Assembly (NCBI RefSeq): GCF_009834535.1
Contig: NC_045696.1
Span: 113,896,001 to 113,960,000, forward strand
DNA: 64,000 nt
Source: Camelus ferus
Taxonomy: Eukaryota
Direction of reading: 5' to 3'
The translations under genes and the position numbers were made by a program. The notes beneath the pieces were generated by a model. It did no database searches. It was not told where the DNA came from and was given only the letters and a program-made list of their open reading frames with translations. Positions 48,852 to 63,139 of the stretch are shown here, in pieces. Position 1 is the stretch's first letter, and the number at the start of each line of letters is the position of its first letter.

Positions 48852-50743
48852 GTAATTCTAAAACTTATACAGAAACACAAAAGACCCTGAATAGCCAAAA
48901 CAATGTTGAGAAAGAAGAACAAAGCTGGAGGTATCATGCACCTTGATTTTAAACTCTACTACAAAGCTACCACAAACAAAATAGTATGGCACTGGCACAA
49001 AGGCAGACAGATAGATCAATGGAACAGAACAGAAATGAACCCACAGTTACCAGGGCAATTAATCTACAAGAAAGGAGGCAAGAATATACAATGGGGGAAA
49101 AGACAGCCTCTTCAGTAAATGCTGTTGGGAAAACTGGATGCAAAAGATTCAAACTGGACTACTGTCTCACACCATGCACAAAAACAAACTCAAAATGGAT
49201 TCAAGACTTAAATATAAAATCTGAAACCATAAAACTTCTAGAAGAAAACATGGGCATTATGCTTTTTGACACTGGTCTAAGTAATATTTTTTTGGATATG
49301 TATTCTCAGGCAAGGAAAATAAAAGCAAAAAATGAACAAATATGCACAATGAAGGAAATAATTAACAAAGAAAAAGGCCACTCACTGAATGGGAGAATAT
49401 ATTTGCAAATGATATGACTGATAAGGGGTTAAACTGCACAGAATTCATACAATTCAACACCAAAAAAGCAAACCAGATTAAAAGATGGGCAGACGTTCTG
49501 AACAGACATTTTTCCTAAGAAGATATACAGATGGCCATCAGGCACATAAAAAGGTGCTCAGTACTACTAATCATCAGGGAAACACAAGTCCAAACCACAA
49601 TGAGGTACTACCTCACACCTGTCAGAATGGCTATTATCAAGACGCTAACAAGTAACAAGCATTGGCAAGGATGTGGAGAAAAGGGAACCCTTGTGCACTG
49701 TTGCTGGGAATCCATATCAGTGCAGCCACTATGGAAAGCAATATGGAGGTACCTCAAAAAATAAAAATATAGAACTACCGTAAGGTCCAGCAGTTCCACT
49801 CTTGGGTATGTATTGGAAGAAAACAAGAACACTAATTTGAAAAGATACACGCACCTCTATGTTCACTGCATCAATATTTACAATAGCCAAGATATGGAAG
49901 AAGCCTAAGTGTCAATCAACAGATAAATAAATAAAGAAAATATGGCCTATATGTACAATGGAACATTTCTCGGCCACAAAAAAAGAATGAAATCTTGCTA
50001 TTTACAACAACGTGGATGGACATAGAGGGTGTTATGCTAAGTGAAATAAGTCAGATAGAGAAAAGACAAATACTGTATGCTTTTACTTATGTGGAATCCA
50101 AAACACACACACACCCCAAAACAGAAAAAGAAACAGAGTCACAGGTACAGAAAACAAACAGGTGGCTGCCAGAGGGGGCTGTGGTGGTAGAGGAGAGATA
50201 TAAGTGAGGAAAATTAAGAGGTGCAAACTTCCAGCTGCAAAATAAATGAGTCACAGGTATGAAAAGTACAGTGTGGGGAATATAGTCAATAACTATGTAA
50301 TATCTTTGAATGGTGACATATTGTAACTAGACTTACTATGGCGATCATTATGAAATCTGTAGAAGTATTGCATCATTATGTTGTGTGCCAGGAAGTAACA
50401 TAGCATTCTAGGTCAATTATACTTCAAAAACAAACTAACAAAATCAAAGAAAAAGAAATCAGATCTGTGGTTACCAGATGTGGGAGGGATGTAATGTGCA
50501 AAATGAGAAATATAATTAACACTGCTATATGTTAAGTATGAAAGTTGCTGAGAGTAAATCCTAAGAGTTCTCACCACAAAGGAAAAAAACTGGTTTTTAA
50601 ATTTCTTTTGTTCAGGATCTACATGAGATGATAGATGTTCACTAAAATTATTGTGATAATCATTTCACGATGCATGTAATTCAACCTTAAACTTACAGAA
50701 ACCTCAATGTCATTTATATCTCAACAAAACTGGAAGAAAAAAA
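48852..50743 (+). mobile_element. 5'-truncated L1 (L1MA8/9-like): ORF2 3' part with frameshifts, 3' UTR and A tail
   Basis: Peptides [36 protein letters not shown] and [27 protein letters not shown]. Confidence 0.95.
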
Positions 50744-50904
50744 AGACTGGGAGTAATGTTTTGGTACACATCCACTAGTTGAATATGTATGTAGGCATGT
50801 CATTTGTGCATTTTAAAATCAAAATGTGCCAGTCTAACTAGGCTCATTTAAAACTCAGCAAAATCTGAAGTGTGGGTTAGCAAGTCTGAGCTACTTAAAG
50901 TGTA

Positions 50905-52265
50905 CCTAAGCTTGAGCAAATAGATATACAGATATTGAGAATCAAGTTGTTTATGTCAGAGAAAGGAGCTCCAAATAATTCCTTACTTGTCGGGGAGAAG
51001 CTATGATAGACCTTGTTATGTTGGACTGAAACCGGAGAAGCAAATGGTATTAGATTAGACCTCGAAACAGAAATAAAAGAGTGTATGTATGTGTATATAT
51101 TTCCTAGCTCTGTTCATGAAAAGGCCTAGAAGCAATGATATCAGGCGCGAGTGAGTACACCTAGGTGCACAGGTCTTGGTTACTAAGTACTAAAACACCG
51201 ATCAAAGGAAACCAGGGCTTCTTGGGGAAATGGCTGACATCACGGCTGGGGCAGGGGAGGTATGGAATGAGCCAGAAAGAACTTGTGGGCCAGAAAGTTA
51301 AGGAAATGTTCAAAAAATGATGGAAGTATGTCAAAGAACAGAGGAGTCAACTTTAATGAGCTCTCAGTGGCCAAACTAGGAACAATTTGGGCAATGATAA
51401 TAATGACTTATAATCCACAGAATAAAAATATCCAGATATAAGCGAGTAAATATACAGGGGAGAAAAGAAAGCTCTTCCTTGCCACAGAACTCCAATTACA
51501 CATGTAGAAGGAATGATAGAAACAGGAAATCACCACTGAGAAATAGTAGAATAGTAAGTGTTTCAGATAAGAATCACAAGCTAGTGGAAGATACAGTATG
51601 AGTAAAAACACAGTATTTACCCAGTCACCAAGCATCTCACCACAAAACTCTAATTACAAAGGGAAACAATAATTTTACCGTGGAGAAAGTGGACATCTCC
51701 GTAACCAAGTGAGCAACGTAGACATACTGGCAATGAAACATACAGATGTCATGTGCTCCCTGATAGGATGTACCGAGAGGGATGCTTTGCTACCTTTGCG
51801 GTATTCTTGCCCAAAAGGCGTAACTTGAATTTAATTTTGATCATAGAAGAAAATCAGAAAAACCCAAATTGAGAGCCATGGTATGAATTTACTGACCAGC
51901 ATTTTTCAAAAGCGTCAAAATTATGAAAGATGAACAGAGGAACCATACTGGATTAAAGGAAGCTAAGGAGAGTTGACAGCTCAATGCAGTGGGGGATCCT
52001 GGACTGGACCCCAGACCAGAAGTACATTAGTAGGACAATGAACAAAATGTGAGTAAAGGTCTATGGGTTAGGTAACAGAATAATACTAGTATTAATTTTT
52101 TCCTGGCTTTGATACTTGTACTGTGCTTATATAAGATGTTAGCGTTTGAGGAAGCTGAGTGAAGGGCATATAGAAATTCTTTGTGGGGAAACTTTGTACT
52201 ATTTTTGTAACTTTTTAAAAACCTGAAATTATTTAAAAATTAAAAACTAAAACATTAAATAAAAA
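50905..52265 (+). mobile_element. L1MC/L1MD-type 3' UTR
   Basis: TTCCTAGCTCTG..AAAGGCCTAGAAGCAATGA..AAAGGAAACCAGGGCTTCTTGGGGAAATGGCTGA...GATCCTGGACTGGACCC..TTTGTACTATTTTTGTAACTTTT. Confidence 0.85.
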
Positions 52266-53689
52266 ATGAAAAAGACACACAGAGCCCCCGATTTAAATAC
52301 TTTCTTCTATTTAATGGGGGAAGAAAGATGATACAGTGGGGTTGGTTTTGTTAAATTTAACTTTATAATTATGTCCTATATTTCAGTTTTGATTATAAAA
52401 CACTTATCAAAGTATTAAATATTCTGAAAGTATTTACTGCAAAAATGCTCTGTGCTAGAGTCACATTCTCTTTGCTTTTGACACAAACTTGTTTTTCGTC
52501 TGCCTGTCCCTGATTATTTACCTGATTTGAGGACCTTCAGTCTTCCCATGCTCTTCTTCAACATTACCTTGGAAACAGGTGTATTTGTATTATGTTAGCA
52601 CCATGTATCTTTCAAATAAATTATAAAAATACAGTAATTGTGCTTCCTAAAATTATTTAATTTCAACTTGACTTAAAATAATCAAAGAAGTCAACATGAT
52701 CAATTTTATGCCTGTTTTAATTTCTTTTTAATTATTGGGAATAATTGGATGTATTGAAATATTTAGAGAAAAAGAGGACAAAAAAAAGGAAAACATTCCA
52801 AATCTTTAAATACTAGGATAATAGGGTGAATTTCCAACCATTAACCTCCATTTAACATGTGGATAAGCTGAAGTCTAAAAGCTAAACTGTGTTGCTAGGT
52901 TCGTATAGTTAACATACTGGAGACCACGTGTGGATCTGGTTCTGTTAGGCTCCAAATGTTCCTATGATACTGTAATGAATAAAGGATACACACACTGTGC
53001 TGGATTTCTGAAGAGCCATTACTCTGAAAAAAATTTTTTTTGCTCTATTTGGTAACCAGGTTTTCAGAGTTCAAAATTGTCAACATTTATTTACATTGAG
53101 TTTTTAGCTAAAATATAGAGTATATATAAGCTGTTTTTAGACAAGTGAGCAAAAATAATCTGCATCTACCACGCATGGTAATCTTTTCTTCTTGTGAAGC
53201 AACTGCAGGCTGTTATGCTCGTGAAAAACAAATACGAAATCTGAACAGCTGATGATCATAAAAATAATTACACGTTGCCATTATTAAGCACATAATCCTA
53301 CCTAATCCTCCTTAAAATAAATGTACTTGACTAAAATACATGTTTCAAGATGTTAGAGGGAAAAAAAGACATATGAAAAGTACTGTATACATCCTAGATG
53401 CGTTCGTTCATGGTGAGAATTAAAAAAAAAAAATTGAAATCTCTAGTCCTGAAAACCCTTCTTGGCTTGTATTGGAAATTCAGTTTCCTCGCGTAGCCTG
53501 TAAATAAGTCAAAACAGGGAAGACTGAATGCTGGGAACAAAGGGTGTGTCTGCCAACAGCGTTAGTAACTGAGAGGGGAAGCTTGAGGGAAAAAAGGGAT
53601 GATAGGTTCACGGGATCCTTAGGGCAGATACTTCAGCCGTCTGTGTACCTTTAACTGCACAGCGCACTTCTCCCCTCCTACTCCACATC

Positions 53690-53845
53690 CCCCTTTCCTG
53701 CACTTCCTCACCAATGCTCTAATCTTTCTGAAGCTCCCCACCCCACCCCAACCCCAGGGGGAGAGCTTTACTCAGCGTATTTGTAAATCCGTCTGACTAT
53801 GCAAATCAATAGGTCAAATTATCTTTATCACGGAAATGACTGAGT
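53690..53845. promoter_or_regulatory. Candidate enhancer motif cluster (PU.1/ETS, CCAAT, EBF-like, octamer)
   Basis: CACTTCCTC 53701, CCAAT 53711, CCCCAGGGGG 53752, ATGCAAAT 53799, CGGAAAT 53830. Confidence 0.3.
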
Positions 53846-54049
53846 GTTTCTTTTGAAATACAGATCATGGTTCCAAGCAGAATATGATCACAGAGTCAGA
53901 GGCCTTGCACTGTGGATGTGGATATAAGTCTTGCTAATAGCCTACAGTTTCACTGCTCCAGCTGCCTATAGCATTAAATACTGGTGGTAGGACTAGACAC
54001 AGAGACCACACCAGGAAGCCACAAATGACCTTACAGGTGGTGGTGTTAG

Positions 54050-54200
54050 TAATAGTGGTGAACTTCTACAGCATACGTCCTGTGTGCCTGACACTAGTTT
54101 AAGTAACTGATATGTATGAACTCAATTAAACTTCATAATTTTAGGTAATAACCCTATCATCATTTTACAGATAAGGAAACTGAAGTATAATTATTCAGAG
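54050..54200 (-). mobile_element. MIR SINE
   Basis: CATTTTACAGATAAGGAAACTGAAG. Confidence 0.75.
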
Positions 54201-55804
54201 CTACACTACTGAAATTTTACTTGCAGAGCACTGGAGGTCTTATTTTCGACTTATTTATAAACTACCACATGTTTTTCTACTCATGTCCTTCACCTAAATG
54301 GTAAAGACCAGGAGCTAACCATTGAAGAACAGGTACGCTTAGGCAGAGGCCTGCATTTTATCAGCATCTAAACCAGCTGCAGCTGTGAACAAAAATTAAA
54401 GGTAGCCGTGTAACACCTTGCCTCCCACTGCTACTCTCATCTGCATAGGCTATATTCTAAATCATCATCTTTCCCCTTTCCTTCCCTCCTCACCTTTTTC
54501 TTTTCTCAATAATTTTAATAGTGTAATCGCTGATCAAACTATTTATTTGCAAACATACCTGGCCAGATCTTCCTTATGAAAGGTAAACAACACTCTGCTG
54601 CATATCATTTCATCTTAATTCTCAAAAGGAATAAATGAGATGATGTAAAAAGTATGAAGAAACCAAAAGATTAAAGACTAAAAAATTCTGTGTATATAGT
54701 TGCATAAAACAAATTTAATAATTGATAGTAAGGGAAGTGAATGGGAATAAACATTTGTGGACTTCCTGCCTAAGAATTAGATTTTTTTTTAATTTATTGT
54801 TTACAATAGAGACTTTGAAATGCCAAACTTGGTTAGGTTAGTGAGAGAGGAAAAGTGTTGCTGGTAACACTATTTACTGCTCTCTAGACTGGAAGGGAAT
54901 CCAGGCATTACAGAGCATCTGTCTCAGCTGATGTGATTACCTAAATGTTCTTCACTGCTTTATAAACATTTATTTTAATCTCTGTGAGGTTTTGTGAATT
55001 AGCCTGCGGTCACAGACTGAATTGTAACATTATGTAAACCATGCCGCTGGTTGTAAAATGCAGAGCATTCTGTAGTACACCAGTGTATTTCTTTATATTC
55101 ATTATTTATTCATATGTGTTTATTTTTAAATTTCTGACTTGTCCCTGACACCAAGAAAACGTATTTATATATATTTTTCATTGGAAATATTATGGAAGGT
55201 AAATTAATATTTAGCATTAGCCTGAGATGATGAAGTGAAATTGACAGAGAAGTGAAGAGGAGAAGTGAAGTGAAGTTTATTAAACTTCTTTTAATAAACT
55301 TTAAGGCCAAGAATACATTTTTATAGTATTTTCCCTACTTCATAACTATGGCAAACTATAGCAACCAAGGCCTTATCGTTAAAAGAACTGATGTTTCAGG
55401 ACAAATTACAAAGAGAAGTTCCTTTGGAGAACTGTTCTCCCATCAATGTCGTTGCTGTACTGGAGGAATGATGCCTATGCTTTTGGTAGTAGAAGCCTTG
55501 TGGTCTAACGTGACAAAGTATAAAAAAGTCATCCCATGTTGGGTTTGTAACTGTGATTTTTATGTTACAACCCTACATATCAGTGTATACGTGCGTGAAT
55601 GAACACATAACACAATGAATATTCCTTATTTTCAAAATATCTTAATAAATGTACTAAAATTGCTGTCAATGAAATATATTAAATGACACAGGAATATGCT
55701 TATGACTTGGTGTTAAATGAAAATAAAAGATATAAGATTAAATACATAATATATTCTGTTTATAAAAATATCTTCTGAAGCGAACATGTATATTACTTTG
55801 TAAG

Positions 55805-56215
55805 TAAACTTTTGCAGAGTAGGGCATGCATTCAGAAAAGTGTACCAGCATAAGTACACAGTTTTAAGAATGAGCCTAAAGTGAACACACCAGTGCCCAG
55901 ATTAACAACAGAACACAGCCAGCACCTACGCTCCCTTTCAGTTACCGCCTCCTGCCTCCTCTAAACAGCCGCCATCTGGACTTCTGACACCACTGATGAA
56001 TCTGGACTGTCTGGGGTTGTATGTAAATGGAACTGTACCATGAGTACTCTCTTGGGTCTGACTTCTTTTGCTCCATATTGTTTGTGAGATTCACCCACGT
56101 CTGTGCTTTGGAGTTTATTCTTTCTCATTGCTGTGTAGTAGTCCACTGTGTGAGTGCATCATAATTTATCCATCCTATCTTGATGGTACTTGGGCAGTTT
56201 CCAGTGTGGGCTATG
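55805..56215 (-). mobile_element. L1ME-type 3' end
   Basis: TGTAAATGGAACTGTACCATGAGTACTCTCTTGGGTCTGACTTCTTTTGCTCCATATTGTTTGTGAGATTCACCCA. Confidence 0.8.
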
Positions 56216-57059
56216 ACACTTTCTTCACTTACATACTTAAAAACAGATCAAAAACCCAGAAAAGCCAACTAATGCTAGTTTTCAAATGAACAACCTTCAA
56301 ATTGGCAACTAATACACAACGCTAATTACTGCACAAGATTTTTTTCTTATGCTTTTTCTCCCACTTCTGACTTATCAGGAATCTGCAGATTTGTTACTGG
56401 TTACTCTCAACCTGTGTTTCTTCACACACAAGCGCTTGGATTTATCTGGTTCAGAGATGTTCATTCTCTTTTAATGGTCACCAACCTTTCACAAATAGAG
56501 GCAACCAGCTCAGTCCCCTTTTTCAATCTCAGAGACACTTAACCTGTCAAAATACATTCCAAAAAACTTTCTCAGAGGTCACATATTGGGCAACTCCTGC
56601 TGTCTGTAAGGAGGAAACCAAAGCTCATACGTATAAAAAGCCGCAGAGCCACAAAACTCCTTGCACTTAGTCATTAATGTAATTTTGGGCAGATTTTAGG
56701 AAGCAACTAATGCCTTAGAATTGTCTTTGTCTTCAGAAGTGGGTATAATCACCTCCAGTCCCCCATCACTTCCCCCTGTCTGAGCTGCTTTCCTGCAGGA
56801 TCCCAAGGCAAGAAATCAGTGAATAGGTGGAAAACTGGGAACTACAGTACAGATGTTAATGAGACAGCATGCGGTGACTTGTGATAAAAGTGTAAAGAAA
56901 TGCAAAGTAAGGACCACCTATACATCCTTTATTGGAGACAATCTTCACAGCGGGCTCCTAAGCAAATTATTAAAATGTAATTTAAGCATATTAAAAAATA
57001 CTTCTCAAAGACATTTCTTTAAAGAAAAAAACTAATTCTCTTTTATCTTTATTCCACAA

Positions 57060-57210
57060 TCTTGGAGTCTGAGTACAATGCTCTGCAATTGTTTGTTAAC
57101 ATGTCTGTCTCCTCCAGACAGTGCTCCTTTGAGGGTGGACACTGTAATATTAAAGTTCGTATACCTAGCACCTAAGTGATTAATAAATGATGAATCAGAG
57201 AATGAATTGA
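57060..57210 (+). mobile_element. L2 3' end
   Basis: TGTCTGTCTCCTCCAGACAGTGCTCCTTTGAGGG..CCTAGCACCTA..AATAAATGATGAAT. Confidence 0.7.
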
Positions 57211-60200
57211 GAAAATAATTTTTTGAAAAAGGAAAGCTTATGGGGAGAGAAAAAACATTGCATATGTGAGGTATTATTGTTCTGAATTCCACTGTCGACC
57301 CTCCCCAAAGCTGCAGTCTTGGATGGTGAAAACAATGTCTTCATGAGTTCCTGGAAGCAGAGGAGAGAAGCTGGTCCTTAAACAGGTGTTTGCTGGTACA
57401 GCTGCACTCGCCTGCACAGGTCTCCTCTGCCTGATTAGAGATTAACCAACTGCAATCAACTTAAATTTGGAGACCACCTGACTAAGAGCGCTTTTAAATC
57501 AGAACTGATTCTTCTGTGTGGAACAGAACTGTGGTTGTAGCCAACAGAAAAATGAATGCTGTTACAGCTACACACTGGGAAGGGTTAGGTCAGTGAACTG
57601 CTGGTGACTGAGCTGCTCCTCTTCTGGATGCCCTATATTAAATTCCTACTGGCTATTAAAATTTAAGACAGGTTATTGAAGAATATTTTAGAGAGTTTAG
57701 CAACTCTTGACATAGTGGATCCAATAAATTTTTTTTCTTTATCATTTTGTTACATATCATTTACTTTATGTGGCTTAAGAAATAACACAGTAGAACATTC
57801 TTCAAAATTTTGACTGCAAGTAACTATCACAAAATCAATACTTTTTTTATGTAACAAAATGAACTTGAATTTCATCTTAACAGCATTAATACTCACAAAA
57901 TTAATAGTCATGGAAGAAAAGGGATATAAGAATAATGTAAGTCACTAAAATTTTAAAAATTAAAATTATAGACATCAAAAATTAGACACTGCTAAATTGA
58001 GAATCTGTTTTATTGTCATGCTAAGCATTTAAATTACCTTTATAAAACTTTCTTCACAATCCTTTTCTGAGCAGTCGCTGCTGCATATCTGATTAATATG
58101 TAAACAAGACACTGATATTCTCGTTTTGATTACTAAAATATTTTCTTTCATTCATCTCAATTATTTAAGGTTAGCGGAGCCCCAGGCACTGTTTGGGTAG
58201 GAAAGTGATAAACTGACATCAGAATACTGAGGAGGAAGAAAAACATCTCACCAAGTGCAGCCAGCAGCAACTAATGGCTTTCGGCTGTTGCTGGTCTAAT
58301 TGATGAAGGTGCTGTAACAGAAAGCAGTTCTGTGTGATTCATGCATTGTTCTATGGGAATGCATTCTACTCCCTTATAATTTTCAAGCCTGGCTAACTCC
58401 AGGTTTCCCTTTCCTTAAAAGGTGGTTTCTAACAATGTGTTTATTTTAAAGCTAATAATTAATAGTGAAAGAAAACTGGAAGCCTGTTGAGTTTCCACAA
58501 AAGTTAAGCCTGTTGTTAGACTAAAGATATAATATTCTCTATATGATTAAAAAAAAATACTCAGCTACGTGAAAATTTGTCAAATGCCTTCAGTTGAGTT
58601 GTTAATATCCTAGAATATAAAAGATTAGTAACTGACACTTATAATTAACCTACTGGGTCCAGATTTTGCTTTCAGATACTATCATCACATTATCACACAT
58701 GGGTAGAAAATGACATTTTCCCAAGTATCATGCATGGCATAACTTTCAGTGCAATATATGTAGCAGTTAAAGATCTGCAAGCAGTCCACTAGTTGAGACA
58801 TGATGTTATTTTGACTGACTGCTGGTGAAGTTTCAGCTACACAAGTTTATACATTTATAAAGGCAATCACAATTTCCCTAAAGACTGCATATGAATTAAT
58901 AAGATGTTCTCTTGTATAAGTACTACCCCTAAACTGTATTTAATGCTATTTTTCTTTAGCATCAATACAGTTTTATTCATAACACTAGAAAAATACAAAA
59001 CTCAAGTTTTCAGCAAGTTTCTTTGACTTTTTTACTCATCATAGTGTTTTCTCTGTAATTATCCATGACTCTATTATTTCCCTATTATATCCTGGAAATC
59101 CTGGTTCATTTCTGAAAGCTTCTGGCTCAGCCTGCTTTCTGAAAAGAAAACTGAGTTACATACGAGGCCCTGGCTGGGTCCTGCAGGGACTGAAAGATTG
59201 TAATCAGAGGCTCCGCTCCCTTGAAGTGGTACCACTCTGTGATGGCAAATTAGTACTTAGGACGATATAGTAGCTTGTTAAATGTTACCCAGTGACCTTT
59301 TCTTTTTCAGCCATGCTATTCCCTCTCTTTACTCCACTCCTGCCCCACTCCCTGTCCTGACATTAGGACCAGCCTTAACTCAGCCATAAGGCTGAAACTG
59401 ACTGCTAGGGATGGCACCTAGATCAGGGAAGCTTAACTTTGAATTTGAAAGTAGATTTTTTTTTAAAGTCCAAAGATTGTAAACCAGGCTTTCAAGTGGT
59501 TAAACGGTTTTCTAAGAACTTCCAAAGCCGAGTTTTTACAAGAAAAACATGTAAAAGAGTGTTTGAGAAAAAGACAAATTTGGAGGATTACTGGTATTAT
59601 AATTACAGTGAGAAGAACAATTCCAGGTACCTTGTGAAGGAAACTGAACCCCCTTCAGGTCTAGAAGGGTCAGAGGAAGAGAGCTATTCAGAGTGGAGGA
59701 GCCCAGAGTGCGGAGGTCCATGCTAGAGGTGGAACAAGACTGGGCCTCAGAAAGGCTGAAGGGTAATCCCTCTACTTTCAGGCTGCTGCTTGGCTTCTCT
59801 GGGAGAACAGCCTGCAAAAGCCACAAGCCTTTCAGAAAGTCCTGCTGGGCACGAAGTGTCATGTCCATCATAGCCCAGAAGTAATGGAAAAAGGAATGAA
59901 GTTTGAGGAAGGTTTCCCCAGCTAATGGACTAGAGGGTAATTTTTACAGGGGTCCACAAACTCCAGGGTAGCGCAGAGCAAGCAACCAAGAGTTTCAAGG
60001 TCCTGATGGAGTTCGGAAGTGCTGAGGGGATGGCAGGGCTAAAGCTGACTTGGTTTCCAGAGCACGGGGGAGGCAGCTGAGTGCAGCCGTCCTATGGACA
60101 GAGAGACCGCACACTTCTGCACCTCCGGGCACCACCTTCCTACTGGCCTGGGAGACGCAGTGAGGACAGGCCTGAGGCCCAGAAGTCACGCCCGTGAAAG

Positions 60201-61417
60201 GCCTCACTGGAAGGACAGCGAGGGGAGCGAGGCGTCCCCTGTACTCAAAGGCAGTCTTGATTAAGAGGGAGGGGAGAGCCCTAAAGGGGAGCAGACAGCT
60301 TTACAGACTGAATAGTTAGTCAAAAGAAGGTGTTTCAGATGAGAAGATACTGAAGTACCTTTTTAAAAGGCAAGGTTGAGTATTTTAGACCATGATTTGG
60401 AATAGCAGCCTATAACTAGAAAGAGATCACTTTACAAAAAATAAAGTTACCTTTTTTGCACACCCTAGATTGGGACTGGCCAATTTATACCTCTTATGCT
60501 AGAAAATATCAAACTATAATACTGTCACAATCCCCATAGAAATTAAAATGCCTGGTCTGTAAAACCTGTATTGAATGATTAATGCTGTGACTCCTCCTTT
60601 TTCAACTGCACAACTCTTAAAGGATAAAAAACAGCATGTTACCATTCATGTCTGTTTCTGACCATAAAAAGCAGTGTATGCAATATGTACATACCCTCTA
60701 TAACTATACTAAAATTTCAGCTCTCATATAAATGATCTATGATTTTCTGCATTTTACTGTTATTTATTTTGCTACCTCCTAAAGTTTCTGTTTGACGTAT
60801 GAAGCTACCAGTTCTGCGCAGCAGAGGTAGTCTGGACTGCCCTCGGAACCCGGGGAAACCTAGGAAGATGGTCAGGAAAGAGGATGGGATGTTCCCAGTG
60901 TAGTCAATGATCAAGGGTTTGAGCCAGACAGGCACCTAAGAACAAGAGTCCTTGGTAACAAAGAAATCTTGGTTGTGAAGTGGACAATATTTCATGCTCG
61001 TGCAAAACCAAATCCCAGAGTGGCAGAGGCTAGCCTACAGTCAGGCGCCATTAGGTCAACGGAAGAAGATGCGAGGTTGGGACTAGGCTTCACCCGCATG
61101 TCCGACTAGAGTGGTCCATTCGGACACTAACTGCAGACAAATTCTTCACTTTCTTATGTTCCCTGAAAACTCTTCTCCAGAATTTACTTTTGTTCATTAT
61201 CTCATCCATTCCAATGCCCAAGAGTATTCCTTGACTTCACCTCCTCACCTTTGTTTTGAATATCCCTCCTACCAAAGTTTTCCTTTACTTCTCACTCAGT
61301 ATCCTTTACTTCATAAATTTTTTGCCCAAGACTACTCTTTTCTTTCAGTAAACTTCATACAAACTTCAGGTAGCTTTAGGAAGCAGCCTCCAGTGGAAAA
61401 ACAAACACTAAATCTCT

Positions 61418-61790
61418 GTTACTGTTCAGGAGAGGCCAAGTTGTGCTGTGTAACAAACAGCATCAGAACCTCAGTACTGAACACAACAAAGGTTTATTTC
61501 TCATGACACACACAGCCTGTGTGCCGGGTGACTCTGCTGGGCTGTGACTTCATGTCTGTAGTTTGTAATCTAGGCTGCTCTGATCTTACAGTACCATGAT
61601 CTGATCACCATGGCAGGTAGGAGGGTGGAGGATCTCAAACTGGCAATTAAATGCTTTCACCTGGCCCCAAACCCACTGGCCAGAAACTCCCTCAATCTTG
61701 CTCAACGGCAAGGAGGAGGGAAGTATAATCCTTCCATGGACCAGAAGAAACAGGGAAGCAGAATGGATAAATACTAAGTCATCAGCACAC
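61418..61790 (-). mobile_element. MaLR LTR (MLT1J-like)
   Basis: GTTGTGCTGTGTAACAAACAGC..CTCAGT..AACACAACAAAGGTTTATTTCTCATG..GGGAAGTATAATCCT. Confidence 0.8.
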
Positions 61791-63139
61791 CTTGCTTGGG
61801 CAACGAAAAGTTTATGTGCTGATACTGACTTCTGAGAAGCAAGAAACTGGAACAATGTTTGCTACCCTAAGTGCTTTTTTTCTTACCTGTTGCCTGATGG
61901 CTTACTTAATTCCTTCTTCTAAAGGGCCAGTTTGCATTTACTGACTGAGTCCTAGGAATGCCGGTGTCTGGAGGAGTGTGTATATGTGTGAGTGTCTATA
62001 TATATACATGCATCCACATAAATGAGACTGCGTGCATATATATCCACAGAAAATATTTAAGCAAGTTATTTGATTCCCTTTCAGTTCTCAATAATGCCCA
62101 TTGCAACAGGCAGATTTAGGATTTTTAAAAAATCTGTCTGAATTGTATATGTGGAATTACATTCCAAAGAGGATTTGAGGAGTCTGGAAGCACAGCCTTT
62201 CCATTAAAGCCATTAATTCCACACGAGAGCTCTCAATCACCAGGGACTATTTTCAGAAAATAAATATATTGAATGGAGAGATAACTAAGAAGAACCAGAG
62301 AAACTGTAGGTTTGTATCTCGGGGAGGTGACTTGACTCTAATGTCTGACTCTTAATGATCCCTAAACATGTTACCTACAGTTAGGTAGAAAATTCCTCTT
62401 CTGAAACTGCTGCATCTTCAAAGTCAGAAAGAAACCTGTTTTAAAAAGAGGAAGAAAACTGATGGCAAGGACCATTTGAAAAAATATTTATATACTCCAG
62501 GTAGCCTTCTGTTGTTCTGTCAGGGTTCTGAATTAGCCACTGGTTGCTCTTTTCAGAAAGGACTGTTAAAAATGCCCGTATGGTATGCAGTAGTGTAGTT
62601 TTTCTGCCTTCTTGAAATGTCTCAGAGCGAAATAGACAAAGTAAACTAAGTTTTTAAAAAATCTGGTGCACGATGGTTCATAAAACTCATTAAGCCCTAC
62701 CAATAAAATGAGTGTAGAAATATCTGTCTGTTGCAATAAAATATTCTAAATAACAAGCCACTTTAAAAGAATGAGTGGTGAAAATGAGTTTTGAATACCT
62801 CCATCAAAGATATTAATAAGTACTTCTGCAAAAAACTGAAGAGTTGAGACTTTTATTTAGGATTGTTTTCCAGGACTTGATTCTGTCAGAATCAAGTTGA
62901 TAAACTTGTTCTATAACTATAAATTACAAAGCAACTTATTAAATTATATGGTTAAGGACAACCGTGTCTTGCTTGTAACTCTCTCATGTTTTGCTTACAT
63001 CTATCTCTTTTCTTTCATAGTAGCTGTCAGAATATCACAAGTGAACTGAAAATAGGTCTATAAATACCTAAACATTTGTCTCTAAGGAAAGCAAAAAAGC
63101 ACATCATGTGCTTAAAATTAACATGCCACGAACCACCGT

